Source: Zygophlyctis sp. KS116 (taxonomy: Eukaryota > Fungi > Chytridiomycota). From it: a DNA stretch of 28,764 bases. Positions 26,869 through 28,764 of this stretch are shown in pieces. The stretch covers positions 1 through 28,764 of the forward strand of contig BAAFSQ010000120.1 in assembly GCA_054661495.1 (NCBI GenBank), read 5' to 3'. Each line of letters begins with the position of its first letter. The stretch's first letter is position 1. Made by a program: the position numbers and the translations under genes. The notes beneath the pieces are model-generated. The model ran no database searches, had not been told where the DNA came from, and worked only from the letters and a program-made list of their open reading frames with translations.

Positions 26869-27867
26869 TTAGTTCCAATCATCATCTCCACTATTATTTC
26901 CTTCTGAGCTATCACTCATTTCCAACGCCACTCTACGCATTAAAAGAGATGTTAGATCTTGATTGCCCTTTAGAACATTTGTCCTGGTATTCTGATCACC
27001 AATCTTTTTTAATTTAAACTAGATTATTACTCTTTGTTAATTACTTGTGAATTACGTATATCATCAAGGAACGTATTAAATTTTGATCTAGATTCAGTTT
27101 CAGTTTCAGATTCAACTTCAGTGTCTAGATCTGTACTCAACATATTAATTTCTGACTGATCGCTATATCCGCCGGCCAGACTGAAATGAAGATCAGTAGA
27201 ATTGCTTATGGGATCTATATTTGATATGTTTTGAATTTCAGTTGACAAATTGAGAGTCTTGGAAGAGGTACACGTTGGCGAATCAAGAACTGGTTTTTCA
27301 GCATCAGATATTATTTGTTCTACAGCAGAAGTCATGCTTTTCAACGACTCTTGTAAATGAATAGATTGCTGATAGTAAAATTCTGGATTTGAATAAAGCT
27401 TAATATGATTATAGATTCATCTTACTTTGGCACAGGATTTACCATCTTCACGAAAAGAATCTAACAAATGCAACTCTGGCTTTGAATGACATCGATCATA
27501 AGCTATAGCCACATTATGAGGCCGGTTTTTTGAAGTAAATAAATATAAAAATGTATGAAATTTAGGTTGCCATTCAATTCCTGATTGTAAATGACAATAA
27601 ATATTACGCTTTCGATCAAGGGAAGTGCCAATTAAATTGTCCAGGTAGAATCCGATTTCCTTTCTTGATGACAGATTATTGATTCTCTTATGAATTTGGC
27701 TTACTCTTTCGGACACATTGTCCAAGCGGGCATGTAATACAATCATTTAAAGAAGCGTGTCTTACATTCAAAATCATCCATGTCATACATAAGCTCATGA
27801 ATAAAATCTGTCAATCTTTCGTTTATTATCTAAGAGTAAGATATATTGAAAAATTCACTTTAGACAT
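26869..27867 (-). CDS. SCAR/WAVE family Arp2/3 activator (WHD + VCA), compact; introns 27830-27858, 27740-27765 (GT-TG), 27399-27425, 27019-27044; 5' end uncertain
   Basis: WHD motif RPHNVAIAYDRCHSKPELHLLDSFREDGKSCAKLYSNPEFY; WH2 FLDDIRNSQFKLKKI; central DLTSLLMRRVALEMSDS; acidic terminus DDDWN. Confidence 0.8.
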
Positions 27868-28692
27868 GTGAGTACTCTTTATTCAAAAACGGAGAATTAG
27901 TTAGAAACTGGAATCGGCCAAAATTAACCTTGGTCGATTCTATTGATTCATCCAATAATATTATTCCTCTTGATCCTGCATGATTTTTGGAGTGATGAAT
28001 CATATTGTCTCTTCGAACAAATTCCCTTGGACAGTCTTCCAATAGACACTTGAATGGCTTAACTCCTAAATGTATTTTTGCATGACGCTTTAGATGAGCT
28101 CCGGATGTAAAGCTTTTCAGGCAATCCTGCATATAATTACTTCAAAATCACTCACATGTTTCTTGCAGATAAACCCCTTTCCTGATTTAGAATCGTTTTG
28201 GGATAGCAGTTCCGAACTCTGGACATCGGTATCTTTTGAATTGGTAGATTTAGAAACATCGTTGGATTCATTATTATCAGTAATTTCAGTCATCAAGCAC
28301 ATGGATGAATTTCCCTGAATAACAGATCCATAATGAAGTCCATGGCTTGATACGATGGAATGCTCCCTAGTTGCCCTTTGATAAGTTCCATCTGGGATAG
28401 TCTCTGAAAGAGCATTGATCAGGTCCTCTGGTAGAGCATTTTTTTGAGTAGAAGGAACATATGGATATCTTACCCTGTAAGTATATTCTACGTCCTGATA
28501 AGCATGGTCATGATAAGAATGAATCTCTGGTGGCTGAAAGTAATAGTAATTTCTGGGATAATTTTTGCTTAAGTATTCGCGATTTTGTAACTGATTTTGG
28601 GAATTTTGCATTTGTTCAATTTCAATCGGTGACAGTGGATTTGCATAGTCGTGCATAGACATTGCAAGCTGAGCATTGTTAGTCCAGTACAT
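27860..28692 (-). CDS. C2H2 zinc-finger transcription factor (2 fingers); intron 28127-28155; start 28692 or 28662
   Basis: Spliced FICKKHDCLKSFTSGAHLKRHAKIH-LGVKPF-KCLLEDCPREFVRRDNMIHHSKNH. Confidence 0.82.
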
Positions 28693-28764
28693 ACACGCGC
28701 CAAAAAAACAATTCGGATTATCAAACTGCCGGAATTTTATCACGGAGATGCAAATCCGACCCCA

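Overview
AT-rich, extremely gene-dense eukaryotic nuclear DNA, most likely from a zoosporic (chytrid-type) fungus. That assignment is an inference from fungal-type RPA190, ERG27, CHZ1 and RXT2 genes sitting alongside SCAR/WAVE, a CEP76-like protein and a Dpy-30-motif protein. Manual splicing yields 19 protein-coding genes. The ORF track is fragmented because the genes carry about 60 ultra-short introns, all 23-34 nt. Intergenic DNA is almost absent. The most striking structure is a co-oriented, operon-like minus-strand chain: CWC25 -(7 nt)- I9 protease inhibitor -(5 nt)- STYX-like phosphatase -(20 nt overlap)- F-box protein -(83 nt)- DOMON protein. The chain starts only 30 nt from the divergent VPS29 start codon. 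Other notable items: a STYX orthologue that keeps a catalytic Cys and overlaps an F-box gene, a PTEN-C2-UBA-FH1-FH2 formin, a proline-free mini-SCAR/WAVE that appears to need a GT-TG intron, and recurrent promoter motifs. All gene models were built by eye; none has transcript or database support.
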